Shown: positions 9,144 through 19,298 of the stretch, one piece after another
How positions within the stretch are numbered: position 1 is the first letter of the stretch
How the letters are laid out: the number at the start of each line of letters is the position of its first letter
DNA from: Escherichia phage BUCT618
Reading direction: 5' to 3' (one strand)
Length of the DNA stretch: 38,270 nt
Sequence record: OM735461.1
Made by a program: the position numbers and the translations under genes
Notes under the pieces: model-generated
Databases searched by the model: none
The model's input: the letters and a program-made list of their open reading frames with translations, nothing else
What the model was told of the DNA's origin: nothing

Positions 9144-9556
9144 TAGTCAAAAAGCAGCACGCAGATGGTTATTTTATTTACTGGGATGATGAGGCAAAGG
9201 GAGATTGTCGCCTTGAGGTATCAGAGCAGATTGACGCGATGGCCTGGCTGAAGGAGTTTTACCCTGATGCCAGAAAGGTGACGTTTCATGTGCCCAACGA
9301 GAGCGATTCTAAGCCTCAGCACAGGGCTTCACTTCAACAGCAAGGGGTAACGTCAGGTGTTAGCGACATTGTCACGCTGTGGGGCACTGGCGCGGTTTTT
9401 GAGATGAAGCGAGCCGTCAGGTCGAAGTCATCAGTTAGCAAAGAGCAGAGGGAGTTTCTGAGGCTGTCCCATCAGCAAGGGAAGTTTGCCGCATTGTGCT
9501 ACGGCGCATCAGCTTTTAAGCGGGCATGGGTTGACTATCTCGCCTCTTTTGTTTAA
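9140..9556 (+). CDS. VRR-NUC domain nuclease
   Basis: HVPNE ... G ... EMK ... Q..F pattern typical of VRR-NUC. Confidence 0.65.
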   Translation: MIVKKQHADGYFIYWDDEAKGDCRLEVSEQIDAMAWLKEFYPDARKVTFHVPNESDSKPQHRASLQQQGVTSGVSDIVTLWGTGAVFEMKRAVRSKSSVSKEQREFLRLSHQQGKFAALCYGASAFKRAWVDYLASFV

Positions 9557-9558
9557 GG

Positions 9559-9568
9559 TTGACATAAT
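9559..9568 (+). promoter_or_regulatory. TTGACATAAT motif copy; function uncertain
   Basis: Too close to the ATG at 9587 to act as a -35 element; could be an extended -10 (TGaCATAAT) or a regulator site. Confidence 0.3.
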
Positions 9569-9586
9569 ATCAGAAGGAGAACTGAA

Positions 9587-9796
9587 ATGACCCGCGAAGA
9601 ATTTATCCAGAGAAACATCAAGAAGATTTTAATCAGCGAAGGTTTCAGCCATGAGGCGGCGGAGGTTGGCGCAGATGCGGCGCTCGATTTGTATCTGAGA
9701 AAGTCAGACTTCCCGAATGGAAAGGCTTTCGACTTCTGCCTGATGAACGCCCGTCGTGAAGCCAAGATGAAGCAGTCAGCAATGAGGATTAAATAA
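9587..9796 (+). CDS. Hypothetical protein (69 aa)
   Basis: ORF with AGGAG RBS. Confidence 0.45.
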   Translation: MTREEFIQRNIKKILISEGFSHEAAEVGADAALDLYLRKSDFPNGKAFDFCLMNARREAKMKQSAMRIK

Positions 9797-10746
9797 TGAC
9801 CACAACACTACTTCCGGCGCTCGTACCGGCGCAACAATTCCTGATGGCACAGGAACAACAGTTTCAGGCCGTGCTTTCAGATGACCGTATTAACTTTGCG
9901 AAAGAATGCCAGTTCGCGTTGCAGCACCTGAGCAACAATGATTTTACCCGCCAGGTGGCGATGAAGAATCAGGAATCATTCCGCAACGCAATTATCAATG
10001 TGGCAGCTATAGGCATCAGCCTTAACCCGGCCGCAAAACTGGCTTACCTTGTTCCACGCAAAGGCTCAGTTTGCCTGGATATCGGATACCTGGGGCTTGA
10101 GCATCTTGCGATTGAATCCGGATCCGTGCTATGGGTGCAGACTAAGCTGGTGCACGCCAATGACACCTACGTTAACACCGGCATCAATACCGCGCCAGAG
10201 CATCAGTATTCTGCATTCGGCAAGCGCGGCGATATCGTCGGCTGTTACTGCGTGGCCAAAGTTCATGACGGTTCATTCCTTACCGAAGAGATGAGCATTG
10301 AGGAAATCCACCGCATTCGCGGGCGCTCAGAGTCATTCTCAAAAGGAGGTATGTCGCCGTGGAAAACAGACGAAGGCGAGATGATTCGCAAAACGGTTAT
10401 CAAGCGAGCGGCAAAGCACTGGCCCAAAAAAGCACGACTTGATGCAGCTATCGACATGCTTAACCGTCAGGGTGAGGGAATCGACTTCCAGCGTGAGCGT
10501 GCGCCAGTGCGCGAGAAGGCAATCAACCCGGCAACCGAAGAGCAGGTGAAGACAATCCGTGAAGGTCTGGAGTTTATCAGCCGACCTGAAGAGGCATTCC
10601 TGAAATACTTCTCTGGCAGCATTGCTAAGCGTGTTATTGAGTCCATTGAGGAGTTGACCGAGGAAGAGGCAATTAAGGCTATCAGCACCATTCAGTCAAT
10701 CATGGATAAGCAGGCAGAGAAGCAATCAAACAGAGAGGTATTCTGA
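9796..10746 (+). CDS. recT: RecT-family single-strand annealing recombinase
   Basis: LNPAAKLAYLVPRKG and WKTDEGEMIRKTVIKR regions typical of RecT. Confidence 0.8.
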   Translation: MTTTLLPALVPAQQFLMAQEQQFQAVLSDDRINFAKECQFALQHLSNNDFTRQVAMKNQESFRNAIINVAAIGISLNPAAKLAYLVPRKGSVCLDIGYLGLEHLAIESGSVLWVQTKLVHANDTYVNTGINTAPEHQYSAFGKRGDIVGCYCVAKVHDGSFLTEEMSIEEIHRIRGRSESFSKGGMSPWKTDEGEMIRKTVIKRAAKHWPKKARLDAAIDMLNRQGEGIDFQRERAPVREKAINPATEEQVKTIREGLEFISRPEEAFLKYFSGSIAKRVIESIEELTEEEAIKAISTIQSIMDKQAEKQSNREVF

Positions 10747-11429
10747 TGTTAATCGATGAACTACGCACGCGCCTGTCTGCATTCAATGACATATTCGGAT
10801 TTGACTGCGTTACCGTTGAGCAGAGGTCATACCAATGGCACATGATGCGCCTCGGAGTGATAACAGCGTCCGGCATTGACGCAATACTTGCCAAGCCAGG
10901 TAGCGCCACTCGTGATGGGTACATGGCAACACTAATTGCCGAGATTGCAACCGGAGCGCCAGCAGATCCGGTAAGCGCTAAAACACTGCAATGGGGTATT
11001 GACCACGAACCGGCAGCTATTGAAGCATACTCATTCATGACCGGCAATGTAGTAGAGCAAATCCCGTTCGTGTACCGTGATGAAACCATGCGCTGCGGTT
11101 GCTCGCCGGATGGGGTGATGGATGATTTTACTCTTGAGATAAAATGCCCATACATGAGCCGACGACACATTGAGCTGATTGTGGATGGACGCATGGACAA
11201 AGACTACATGGCGCAGACGCAATTCCAGATGTGGGTAATGGGGACGGATAAGGTGGACTTTCACAGCCATGACCCCCGTATGCTGAAACATACGGATCAC
11301 ACCGTAACGGTAGAGCGCTCAGACCTGTTCATGAAGAAATTCGACGATGCTATCCCGCAATTCATCATGGAGATGGATGCCAAACTGGAGCGACTTGGAT
11401 TCAGGTTCGGGGAGCAATTTAAAGCATGA
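10746..11429 (+). CDS. YqaJ-type (lambda-exonuclease-like) recombination exonuclease
   Basis: YQWHMMRLGVITASGI N-terminal signature; paired with recT by an overlapping stop/start. Confidence 0.8.
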   Translation: MLIDELRTRLSAFNDIFGFDCVTVEQRSYQWHMMRLGVITASGIDAILAKPGSATRDGYMATLIAEIATGAPADPVSAKTLQWGIDHEPAAIEAYSFMTGNVVEQIPFVYRDETMRCGCSPDGVMDDFTLEIKCPYMSRRHIELIVDGRMDKDYMAQTQFQMWVMGTDKVDFHSHDPRMLKHTDHTVTVERSDLFMKKFDDAIPQFIMEMDAKLERLGFRFGEQFKA

Positions 11430-11433
11430 GAAA

Positions 11434-11458
11434 GGGGCCGATTGGCCCCTTATTTTAT
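11434..11458 (+). terminator. Rho-independent terminator between convergent transcription units
   Basis: GGGGCC-gatt-GGCCCC stem followed by a T-rich run. Confidence 0.55.
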
Positions 11459-12036
11459 TCTGGAATCTCTGGCCATTGTGGATTCGATGTATCCACACGC
11501 ATCAGTAGCACCCGGTACATTTCCCATTCATCGAGTTCTGTCACTTCTTCAGCCGTGGCAATTCCTTTATCAACCGCATACTTTCGCCATGTAATCTCTT
11601 CAGCGGCGGTGGCGAGTAACCGTGCTTTTTTCTGTTCTGCTGAAGCAACGTCAGCCGCATGCTGAGCATCCGCATCCGTTACCCACTCAGATCCATTCCA
11701 TTTGTCATATGGCGTTGCTGGAGCCAGGAGAGTATAAGCATCATCGAGAGGACCAAGAGTGCGAACGGTTTCTGTCGAGCGGTCGCTTTTCTTATATACG
11801 GTTGTTCCCCGTAAATCCTCAATTTGTCTCCATGCAGAGCCATCCCAACAAACTGCATACCCGTCATTAGCCACGGGTGCTGGAATCATAGTGGAGAAGC
11901 CGGGGATGCCGGTACCAACTAAAATACGCACGTCGTAAGTAGCAGTATGCTCGCCAGTGATAGGATCAAACCCACTCACAGTCACTGTTTGCGTTTCTGT
12001 AGCATTTCCGTTCTTATCGAATAACTCAGCCATCAT
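11455..12036 (-). CDS. Tail fibre assembly protein (Tfa-like)
   Basis: Lambda Tfa / P2 gpG-like C-terminal region (DEWEMYRVLLMRVDTSNPQWPE). Confidence 0.65.
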   Translation of the reverse strand: MMAELFDKNGNATETQTVTVSGFDPITGEHTATYDVRILVGTGIPGFSTMIPAPVANDGYAVCWDGSAWRQIEDLRGTTVYKKSDRSTETVRTLGPLDDAYTLLAPATPYDKWNGSEWVTDADAQHAADVASAEQKKARLLATAAEEITWRKYAVDKGIATAEEVTELDEWEMYRVLLMRVDTSNPQWPEIPE

Positions 12037-12809
12037 TTAGCCCTCACAATCATATTCCACGCAACGTTTCTCATTCTGTTTTCTGCTGCTGTCTGAACTA
12101 CTTTACTGACATCAAGAACCAGTGTCTCGCAACCACCCCAGCCAGGGTCCGAGCCAATTCCGTTTTTTGAGCCGACATTCGTAACAGAAAATGCGCCCGT
12201 TGCCGTTACTGCGTCCCCAATAAACTGCTGACTAGTGTCTGTGCCTCCCGATACCGTACCCGTGATATTTCGAATCGCGTCCTCCTGCGCAGACATAAGA
12301 ACGCGTCCCGTATCAATTCCTCGTCCGTTATCCCATCCGCGGGGAACATATCCTCTCATATCGGATGGTAGTACGTTCGTTGGGTGCAACTGAGAAAGTA
12401 ATGGATATTTAACAGGATCGAACGATTGGGCCATGTACGGGATAAACTCCATTCCGCAGTCTGGCCAGATTTCCTGTGGCATTTTCTGAAGTGGCCACTC
12501 AATCAGCTGACCAATGAGCGGCGACCCATATTTGAGATTTCCCAAACCAAGATTTGTTAGAGCCGTAGAAATCGCTGCTGCTCCATCCGATTTGATGTCT
12601 CCGAATGGGTCTGTTCTTTGTAGCTTATTTGAATACAGCCATTGAGATTTCAGGTCTGATAAATTTTGCAGATAGCTGAAGTCGTTTTTCGTTGGGGGGT
12701 TTGACCCCACAAACTCCCAGCCCTTTGCATAGTTAACATCACCGATTGGCGTTAATCCGCCAGTGGCTGTAGAGCCGAAAATCTTATTGAAATCTTCTGG
12801 CAGAGCCAT
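12033..12809 (-). CDS. Tail fibre protein (C-terminal receptor-binding type)
   Basis: GYVPRGWDNGRGIDTGRVLMSAQEDAIRNITG resembles the conserved region of lambda Stf / P2 gpH-type fibres. Confidence 0.6.
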   Translation of the reverse strand: MALPEDFNKIFGSTATGGLTPIGDVNYAKGWEFVGSNPPTKNDFSYLQNLSDLKSQWLYSNKLQRTDPFGDIKSDGAAAISTALTNLGLGNLKYGSPLIGQLIEWPLQKMPQEIWPDCGMEFIPYMAQSFDPVKYPLLSQLHPTNVLPSDMRGYVPRGWDNGRGIDTGRVLMSAQEDAIRNITGTVSGGTDTSQQFIGDAVTATGAFSVTNVGSKNGIGSDPGWGGCETLVLDVSKVVQTAAENRMRNVAWNMIVRAK

Positions 12810-12820
12810 GCGATCACCTC

Positions 12821-13471
12821 TTAGTTAATAAAATGACCAACATCAAAACCTTTCATTCCTGGCTGGTCAGCGAATCCAAAGATATTGCCGTCACCACTAA
12901 AGAACAAATTAACCTTTATGCCGGCCGCTCTTGGTATGATGTCCGAACCGTTCAGTATAGACTTAATATTATCACTAACCAGGCCGATGATGTAGATATT
13001 GAACTCTGCAGGACTTCCCTGATAAACCAGAACCCGGTCTGCCCGAGTCATATTAAGAACAGATGTTGCGACGCCAACCTCTGACACATCACCATAGTTT
13101 CTGGCTATCTGCCCAATGATAATCACGCGGTAATCATCATCATTAAGGATTGACGAAGCGGTTGTTTTATCATTTTGCTCCCTGAATCTGGCCTGACCAA
13201 ATCCTGTAACATTTTCCTGGTCTGAGAAGCCAAAATAAGTAGGCTGAATCTGCTTGTCAAAAACTCGGCTAACCCCGACAATGTCGCCAATCAAATCAAG
13301 CCAAACCCCTTTGGCCTTCATGATATTAATGTTTTTAGCGACGTAGTCGTAGATGTCGCTGGATGCGTCGAAATCCTCGGCAAGCAATCGAATCACTTCT
13401 ACATAGTTTGGCGAATCCCTTAGCTGGTTAACAATCAGGTCGTGGGAATATTTCTGATAAAACTTACTCAT
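12821..13471 (-). CDS. Baseplate or tail-associated protein
   Basis: Position between baseplate J-like gene and tail fibre gene; no confident motif. Confidence 0.4.
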   Translation of the reverse strand: MSKFYQKYSHDLIVNQLRDSPNYVEVIRLLAEDFDASSDIYDYVAKNINIMKAKGVWLDLIGDIVGVSRVFDKQIQPTYFGFSDQENVTGFGQARFREQNDKTTASSILNDDDYRVIIIGQIARNYGDVSEVGVATSVLNMTRADRVLVYQGSPAEFNIYIIGLVSDNIKSILNGSDIIPRAAGIKVNLFFSGDGNIFGFADQPGMKGFDVGHFIN

Positions 13472-14634
13472 GGCGTCACCGTGATATTGATGTTTTCATC
13501 AGTGATATTCAGCCGCTGATATGCTGTCAGGATAACGCGGTCTGTCCCATTAATCGTTACCGAGTTTATATCAATGCCGGGGACAAGGTTGACAGGCGTA
13601 TAAAGTCTGCTGGCATAAAGCACCTTGCCAATCGGCCAGGCATTAACGAAGTTGACCAACTCATTCTTGATAAGCTGCTGCCCATCTGTCGGGAAGTTTG
13701 CATCCGTGCTTATGTTGATCGCAATCGTCGCCGTGGTGTTTGTTGGTCTTACAAACCAGACCATCACAGGCTGACCATTTGCCGTATTGATCACAGAAAC
13801 GCTTTTCCATGTTGCCGCCGGTATGTCTGAAGACGTAGTAAACTGAATCCCAGCCGCGCGTGTCTCAAGAATGGCAAGCGCAACTTCATTGTCATCACCA
13901 CCATCAACTACCGGCATTATTGAGTGCGGCGGCATACCGGCGTCATTGGTTGTATCGGTGAAGTTCTCCAGCACTGAGGCATAAGTTACGCCATCAACCT
14001 GACTTACAGCAGTGTAAATCCCCTCTGGTGTCCCGCTTGCCGCAGATGAAGTTTGCAGCATACGGAAACGAAGCTGGGCATCAGTTTCACGCGCGCGGCC
14101 AAGCGTCCCATCGTTTGGGTTTGTTACCGATGAAATTCCGTACACGCCAGACTCAAGAACCGTCATTGTCCCTGCTGTTGGCTTGAAGTTGCTGGCCTCT
14201 ATTGCCTCGGCAAGCACTACGCCGCTGCTGTTCGGGGCAACGACCAAATCCTGAGTGGTAGCGAATTTCTTCGTTTTATCCAGTGATGACGAAACGATGG
14301 TCCCATCCGGCACAGTAGCGCCGTTGTTATCAGCATTGAATTGCAGCGTTACCTGGCTGTAGATGCGTGGTAGACGACGCTTGTTCATCAATGGTGCAAG
14401 ATTTGATAGTTGCGCACCTATAGCCGAGAACGGGCTGAATGAGTTGATGATGTACTCAGCCTTTGCGTTCAGGTTGTCATGGATTGCTGATTGTATTGAG
14501 ATGATACGACCAGCCACGCGCGGTGTACTGGTGTCCATGTCAGGGAACGAGTCATTCCAGCGCTTGGCGTTTTCCTCGCGCACATCCTGATACCTGTCTC
14601 TCTGGAATCCAGTTTCGTCAATTTTAGTAGCCAT
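13468..14634 (-). CDS. Baseplate J-like protein
   Basis: 388 aa; size and position typical of a gp47/gpJ-family baseplate wedge protein. Confidence 0.6.
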   Translation of the reverse strand: MATKIDETGFQRDRYQDVREENAKRWNDSFPDMDTSTPRVAGRIISIQSAIHDNLNAKAEYIINSFSPFSAIGAQLSNLAPLMNKRRLPRIYSQVTLQFNADNNGATVPDGTIVSSSLDKTKKFATTQDLVVAPNSSGVVLAEAIEASNFKPTAGTMTVLESGVYGISSVTNPNDGTLGRARETDAQLRFRMLQTSSAASGTPEGIYTAVSQVDGVTYASVLENFTDTTNDAGMPPHSIMPVVDGGDDNEVALAILETRAAGIQFTTSSDIPAATWKSVSVINTANGQPVMVWFVRPTNTTATIAINISTDANFPTDGQQLIKNELVNFVNAWPIGKVLYASRLYTPVNLVPGIDINSVTINGTDRVILTAYQRLNITDENINITVTP

Positions 14635-14669
14635 GCCACCCCCGGTAATTTTTAATCATTATATCACGC

Positions 14670-15023
14670 TCAGAGTGATGAGCTGAAAATCTCGCCATCA
14701 TCGGTGATTCCTTCAAATTCGCATGTGGCAATAGCTGAATCAGTATTAACCGCAACCTCAATCCTTGTAAGCTCAATGGCCCCAGGGGTGCTCATAATCA
14801 CATCACGGATAATCTGCTTCTTGGCGGCAATGCTAACCTGTGGGCTTACCATGTCGGTAAGCCACGGCATTCCGATTCTGTTGTCGTCGAAAACCTCACC
14901 CTGAATAAGTTGGAGTGAGAACTTACTATCCTGAGACGTCATGGCTGCATCTTCAATGATGCCAATATCATCGGTGATGACAAGGTCCCATGAATTTCTA
15001 TCAAGTTCGAAATCGCTTCTCAT
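14670..15023 (-). CDS. Baseplate wedge protein (gp25/GPW-like)
   Basis: 117 aa, located between J-like and spike-like genes. Confidence 0.5.
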   Translation of the reverse strand: MRSDFELDRNSWDLVITDDIGIIEDAAMTSQDSKFSLQLIQGEVFDDNRIGMPWLTDMVSPQVSIAAKKQIIRDVIMSTPGAIELTRIEVAVNTDSAIATCEFEGITDDGEIFSSSL

Positions 15024-15718
15024 GAAGTCGGACCTCCTGATGTTCCGCCACCTGTCTCTACGCCTGTATGTTTGTGATTGTTGAACGGAATGCCGTTAAT
15101 CGTCGCGCCATTTGGCATGGTGACAGGTACGCCGAAATTCACGCCTGAAGCCGTTGCGGTCATGGCGTTGGCTCCGCCAACCGAAAGCGAGTAATTAGAT
15201 GCCGACAGGGTGTGGGTAGAATCACCAACCTTTGCCGTGATGGATGACGCATTTACATGAAGGCTGACTGAGCCATCAAGCGAGCGCACGTCAATACCAT
15301 CCTGCACCCCGCCAACAGCGTCAGGAAACGCATTCAGGCCGAAGTAGGCCACAGCGTCATTCATGTTATGGTGCTGGGGACTTTTCGGGTCAACTATGCC
15401 ACCGGTTAGCTTCCATTTAGAGATGTTGCGGTCGCTTATCAGCAACATGCAGACATCGCCAGGGGAAGGATTATGGGTTATGACGAACCCGCCAGCCTGA
15501 TAGAATCCAACAGGCACATCTTTTATCGGCGGGATGTTGCTGACATTCCCGTCAATGTTGGTCTGTAGTAATGGCTGGACGGTGACGCAGTTTCTCCCCG
15601 CATCAAATGACACGCATTCGGCCAGCATCATGGTGCGCAGGGTTAGCGCGTTCTGGTCCATTGAGTACAGGAGAGATTCATCGCTCTCCATTTCGTGCAT
15701 TGAGGTATCAAGTAGCAT
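15020..15718 (-). CDS. Baseplate spike / hub protein (gpV-like)
   Basis: 232 aa with Gly/Ser/Thr-rich C-terminus; position in baseplate cluster. Confidence 0.45.
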   Translation of the reverse strand: MLLDTSMHEMESDESLLYSMDQNALTLRTMMLAECVSFDAGRNCVTVQPLLQTNIDGNVSNIPPIKDVPVGFYQAGGFVITHNPSPGDVCMLLISDRNISKWKLTGGIVDPKSPQHHNMNDAVAYFGLNAFPDAVGGVQDGIDVRSLDGSVSLHVNASSITAKVGDSTHTLSASNYSLSVGGANAMTATASGVNFGVPVTMPNGATINGIPFNNHKHTGVETGGGTSGGPTS

Positions 15719-16658
15719 CTGGTAACTCTATCGTTTCGAGCCTGCATTCAAATGGGCCGCCAGCGTTATTGCCAACGAATTGAACTGACTGGCAGATATA
15801 AAATCCATTATAGTCTTTGCCGCGCTCAACCGGGTAGGTCTTTTCCTTTTGCACCTGCTGAGTCTTTCCGCTCTTTTTGTCTTTCTTTACCTGTGTGCCA
15901 TCCATCACGCCAGTGCCGCCGGAATCAACGGTCCACGATGATGACTCCAGCTTAACCACCTTGCCCGGCCTTAAATCGGGGTGAAGCTGACACCGTATAT
16001 TTACACCCTTCTCTGATACCGATGGCGCTTCAAGCAAGCCGGATGATGAATCCAGTACGATAGCCTCGCCATCAATCGGCTTAGTGATTGGCGTGACCTG
16101 TAATTCATTGTCCTGAATAGACCACTCACCACCGGCGTTGCGCACAACCTGGTCAAGTGCAAGCTGTGATTTTCCATGCAGGGTAATGGAGCCATCAAGC
16201 AAGCCTTTGAGGATGTTGGCTGACTCTTTCAGCGCGATGCCCATATCGCGCGCTGTCTGCTCAACTATGGTCCTGATCGGCGTTCCTGCTGCGTAATTCC
16301 TGCTGGTAATAGACTGACTGAATGACCGGAATCCATCCCCGGCTTTAATCTCGGTCTTCCAGTCAACATCCTCTTTCACCGTCGAAACGAATACGACATC
16401 ACCCACAAAGATGAGCTTGTTGTCGCCATCGTAACCCGCATACAGCCGAACGGATTTGGCGTCCCGTTCAATGCGTCTGCGGTCGGTTTCTGCCAGGTTA
16501 TAAATCGCAATGACTCCCTGATTTGGCGTCTTGCTGCGGCTCATCTTGATATCGAAATCCACCTGCAACATGCGTCCGGCGTCATTCTTCTGGTCGTAAA
16601 CGATAGCCTCGTTTTCGTAGATAACCTCTAGATATGCCTCGCTCTTGAAATACCTCAT
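15708..16658 (-). CDS. Baseplate hub / tail protein
   Basis: 316-aa ORF in the baseplate cluster. Confidence 0.4.
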   Translation of the reverse strand: MRYFKSEAYLEVIYENEAIVYDQKNDAGRMLQVDFDIKMSRSKTPNQGVIAIYNLAETDRRRIERDAKSVRLYAGYDGDNKLIFVGDVVFVSTVKEDVDWKTEIKAGDGFRSFSQSITSRNYAAGTPIRTIVEQTARDMGIALKESANILKGLLDGSITLHGKSQLALDQVVRNAGGEWSIQDNELQVTPITKPIDGEAIVLDSSSGLLEAPSVSEKGVNIRCQLHPDLRPGKVVKLESSSWTVDSGGTGVMDGTQVKKDKKSGKTQQVQKEKTYPVERGKDYNGFYICQSVQFVGNNAGGPFECRLETIELPDAT

Positions 16659-17044
16659 CGCGCGTACCCGGTATCAGCAACAAATTCATTGTAGTTAACT
16701 TTTGGCACGTACAGCAGCAGATGATCAACTCCGAACGACTCAAACGTTAACTCTTTTTGCTCTGGTGTTACCGAGACAAGAAACAGGCCGCCAAGCGAAT
16801 CCTGAGCGTGAGGCTCAAGAATGTCGCAGCCGCCAGTGATAACTATGCCATAAGCCTCAAATTCATCGTTTGAGATGTCCATATTCCAGCAGCCTTCTGG
16901 AACCCATCCATCATCAGCGGCGAGAGCTGAAAGGCTTTCATCGAAATCAGACCAGTACAGGCGAATGGTTGTCGGCTTTCCGTCCAGGTCCATGCGCATG
17001 GTCTGGTCCGGGTACTGCTCAATTGGTATAAGGATATTGTCCAT
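16655..17044 (-). CDS. Hypothetical tail protein
   Basis: Overlapping stop/start with neighbours in the tail module. Confidence 0.35.
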   Translation of the reverse strand: MDNILIPIEQYPDQTMRMDLDGKPTTIRLYWSDFDESLSALAADDGWVPEGCWNMDISNDEFEAYGIVITGGCDILEPHAQDSLGGLFLVSVTPEQKELTFESFGVDHLLLYVPKVNYNEFVADTGYAR

Positions 17045-17733
17045 CAGTTAAGCCACCCGTTAATTTTTTTAGCTCCCCATTCACCAGATTGCAGAAGCCA
17101 TGATTTCGACTTCTCTGGCGTAGCTGCGCCAACCTTCTTACCTGCGGCGTTAATCTGTCCTGCGGTATTCGATTTCTTGCCAACATCCTTTTTAGGGGCC
17201 ATCTTCTTAGACCCGCCATTTTTGTTGTCACTCATTGCACTGGCAGGAACCTGAGTGGTTCTCGCTGAGATGATGTTGATGCCAGTCAGCGTGGCGGTGA
17301 AGAATAGCGCGTCACTGGTCGTCAGGTCACGATTGACGGTAATGGGACCATCAAAGAACATATTCTTATAAGTTCCGAGCGATGTCACCAGCGTAAAAGG
17401 CTCGCGCATCTTGCGAATCTCATGCAGCTTGGCGAGCTTGTCCTCCCAAGTGCTCATAGTGGACGGGGTAAATCCGTCGTCCAGTGCTGACTGCACAAGC
17501 TCAATCCCCTTATTCAGTAGCGACTGGTCAGTGAAAATCCCCTGAATGGTCACGCTGTCAGGCTCGATCAGGATGTTATCAGAGATTGTCGCCCCGTCCT
17601 GCACTGGCTTGCGGGTGATGGTGTGGTTAAACGTATGTGTTTCAACCTGAGTCACATCAATCGGAATGACTGAAATCTGGTTATAGTCACTGCCAAACAG
17701 CTTTCTCAGTACGCCGGGTTCGAAAATAAGCAT
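17044..17733 (-). CDS. Hypothetical tail protein (possibly distal tail or baseplate)
   Basis: Immediately downstream of the tape measure gene. Confidence 0.35.
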   Translation of the reverse strand: MLIFEPGVLRKLFGSDYNQISVIPIDVTQVETHTFNHTITRKPVQDGATISDNILIEPDSVTIQGIFTDQSLLNKGIELVQSALDDGFTPSTMSTWEDKLAKLHEIRKMREPFTLVTSLGTYKNMFFDGPITVNRDLTTSDALFFTATLTGINIISARTTQVPASAMSDNKNGGSKKMAPKKDVGKKSNTAGQINAAGKKVGAATPEKSKSWLLQSGEWGAKKINGWLN

Positions 17734-19298
17734 CAGTATTTAACCCCCGTATCAGTTCCTTTCACTCTTGATGCGTTGTCTCTTCGTAGCTCCTGTCGTA
17801 TAGCCTGTGCAGTTGCTACCGGATTTTCAGCGCCATTGACAATAATCTCGCCAACTGTTGTGTTCCCGCTGTTAGTGGTAATGACGTTTGCTCTACCGGC
17901 ATTAGCTTGTGCCAGTCCCTGAGCCATTGTCGGCGGCGCAATAACAGTATTTCCTGGAATATCTAACTGCCGGTTTGCGCCTTTTACTATTTCCGCATAA
18001 CCCGGGATGCGCTCATGACCTGGAATATCAGGCTGTAGGTTGCTTTGTGTTCTATAATTCCTGTTTGGATTGTACGACCCGCCAGACAATGACGTCATAA
18101 GTTCCTGCATCCATTCAGGCATGGAGTTGTAAATGGCTTTGTCTATCCTTCCCAGCGCACCGATGATGTAATCAACAAGCCCGTCCCATATACCCCTTAT
18201 GCTGGTGTCCATTCCTTTGAAACTTTCAATTATGCGCCCTGTAACTGAGTCTCCGCCGGTGAAGTAGGTATATACATCCTGTATGGCAAGAATGAGCGCG
18301 CCGATTGCAAGTCCTACCAGCGCAGGACCAGCAGCAGCGGCAGCCCACGCCAGCAATGCACCTGCTCGCATTGTGGCGAATGCCGTTGTTAGCGCATTGG
18401 TTAGCGCGATTAGTTTTGCCCATGACGCGATTGCAGCAGAGCCAACCAGGTAAGGCATGGCAATAGCTGCAGCTATGCCCAGGTATTTGATGGAGGCAAT
18501 GAGACCTTTAATCGCAGCGGTAAGGCCATTAACTATCTCATCGCCGTGAAGGTCGAAAAACTCCTTCATCTGGCGTGTTATTCGCGTGAATATCGGCAGC
18601 AGGTTAGAGGCTACGATATTCCATAGTCCTTTGATACGCGCCTGTAACAAGTCCATTTCACGGGTATATTCCCGCGCCATGTCGATGTTTTCCTGGCTAA
18701 TTACCAGCCCGGATTCTCGCGCCTGCTTCTGAAGTGCCGCGATTTTTTCGGATGTCTGCGCAAAAAATTCACCGCCAACATCTGCAAGCCCGCCACCGAA
18801 AAGGGCATCAGCAAGGAATTGCCGCTTGCCCTGCTCTTTAACCTCGCTCAGTTTATTCCTGACAAGCCTAAAAAGCCCTTCGATATTGTTGCCGTACTGT
18901 TTGACCTGGGCCTGCGTGATGCCGATTTCGCCAAACGCATCAGCATTAGCCTTACCGTCAAGCGCAAACTCGCCAGCACGCATCGACAGCTCTTTCATGC
19001 CATCAGCAAGCTGGTCTTGCTCAATACCGAATGATTTTGCGGCGAAGGCGGTGGCCTGGAACGCCTCAGCGTTGACGTTCAGGCGCTTGGTTAACTGGTC
19101 AATCTCTGTTGCTGTATTGGCAAAGTCATTAACCATCGCATAAGCCGCACCGGTGACCGCTGTGGCCGCCGATGCTGCAATGGTGATAAGACCAGCCATA
19201 ACCTTAGTGACGTCCTTAACGGACTGCTCGGCATCGTTAAATGAAGCATCATCAACATCGAGGCCGATGTAACCCAAAAGCTCAGTGACAAATGCCAT
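17733..19298 (-). CDS. Tail tape measure protein
   Basis: 521 aa, Ala/Gly-rich hydrophobic segments and coiled-coil regions; follows the chaperone gene with its frameshift extension. Confidence 0.7.
   Translation of the reverse strand: MAFVTELLGYIGLDVDDASFNDAEQSVKDVTKVMAGLITIAASAATAVTGAAYAMVNDFANTATEIDQLTKRLNVNAEAFQATAFAAKSFGIEQDQLADGMKELSMRAGEFALDGKANADAFGEIGITQAQVKQYGNNIEGLFRLVRNKLSEVKEQGKRQFLADALFGGGLADVGGEFFAQTSEKIAALQKQARESGLVISQENIDMAREYTREMDLLQARIKGLWNIVASNLLPIFTRITRQMKEFFDLHGDEIVNGLTAAIKGLIASIKYLGIAAAIAMPYLVGSAAIASWAKLIALTNALTTAFATMRAGALLAWAAAAAGPALVGLAIGALILAIQDVYTYFTGGDSVTGRIIESFKGMDTSIRGIWDGLVDYIIGALGRIDKAIYNSMPEWMQELMTSLSGGSYNPNRNYRTQSNLQPDIPGHERIPGYAEIVKGANRQLDIPGNTVIAPPTMAQGLAQANAGRANVITTNSGNTTVGEIIVNGAENPVATAQAIRQELRRDNASRVKGTDTGVKY

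Noticed and set aside
9559-9568. TTGACATAAT as the -35 of a promoter for the gene at 9587
   Set aside because: Only 19 nt separate the motif from the start codon, so a -35/-10 promoter would start transcription inside the ORF; kept only as a motif of uncertain function.
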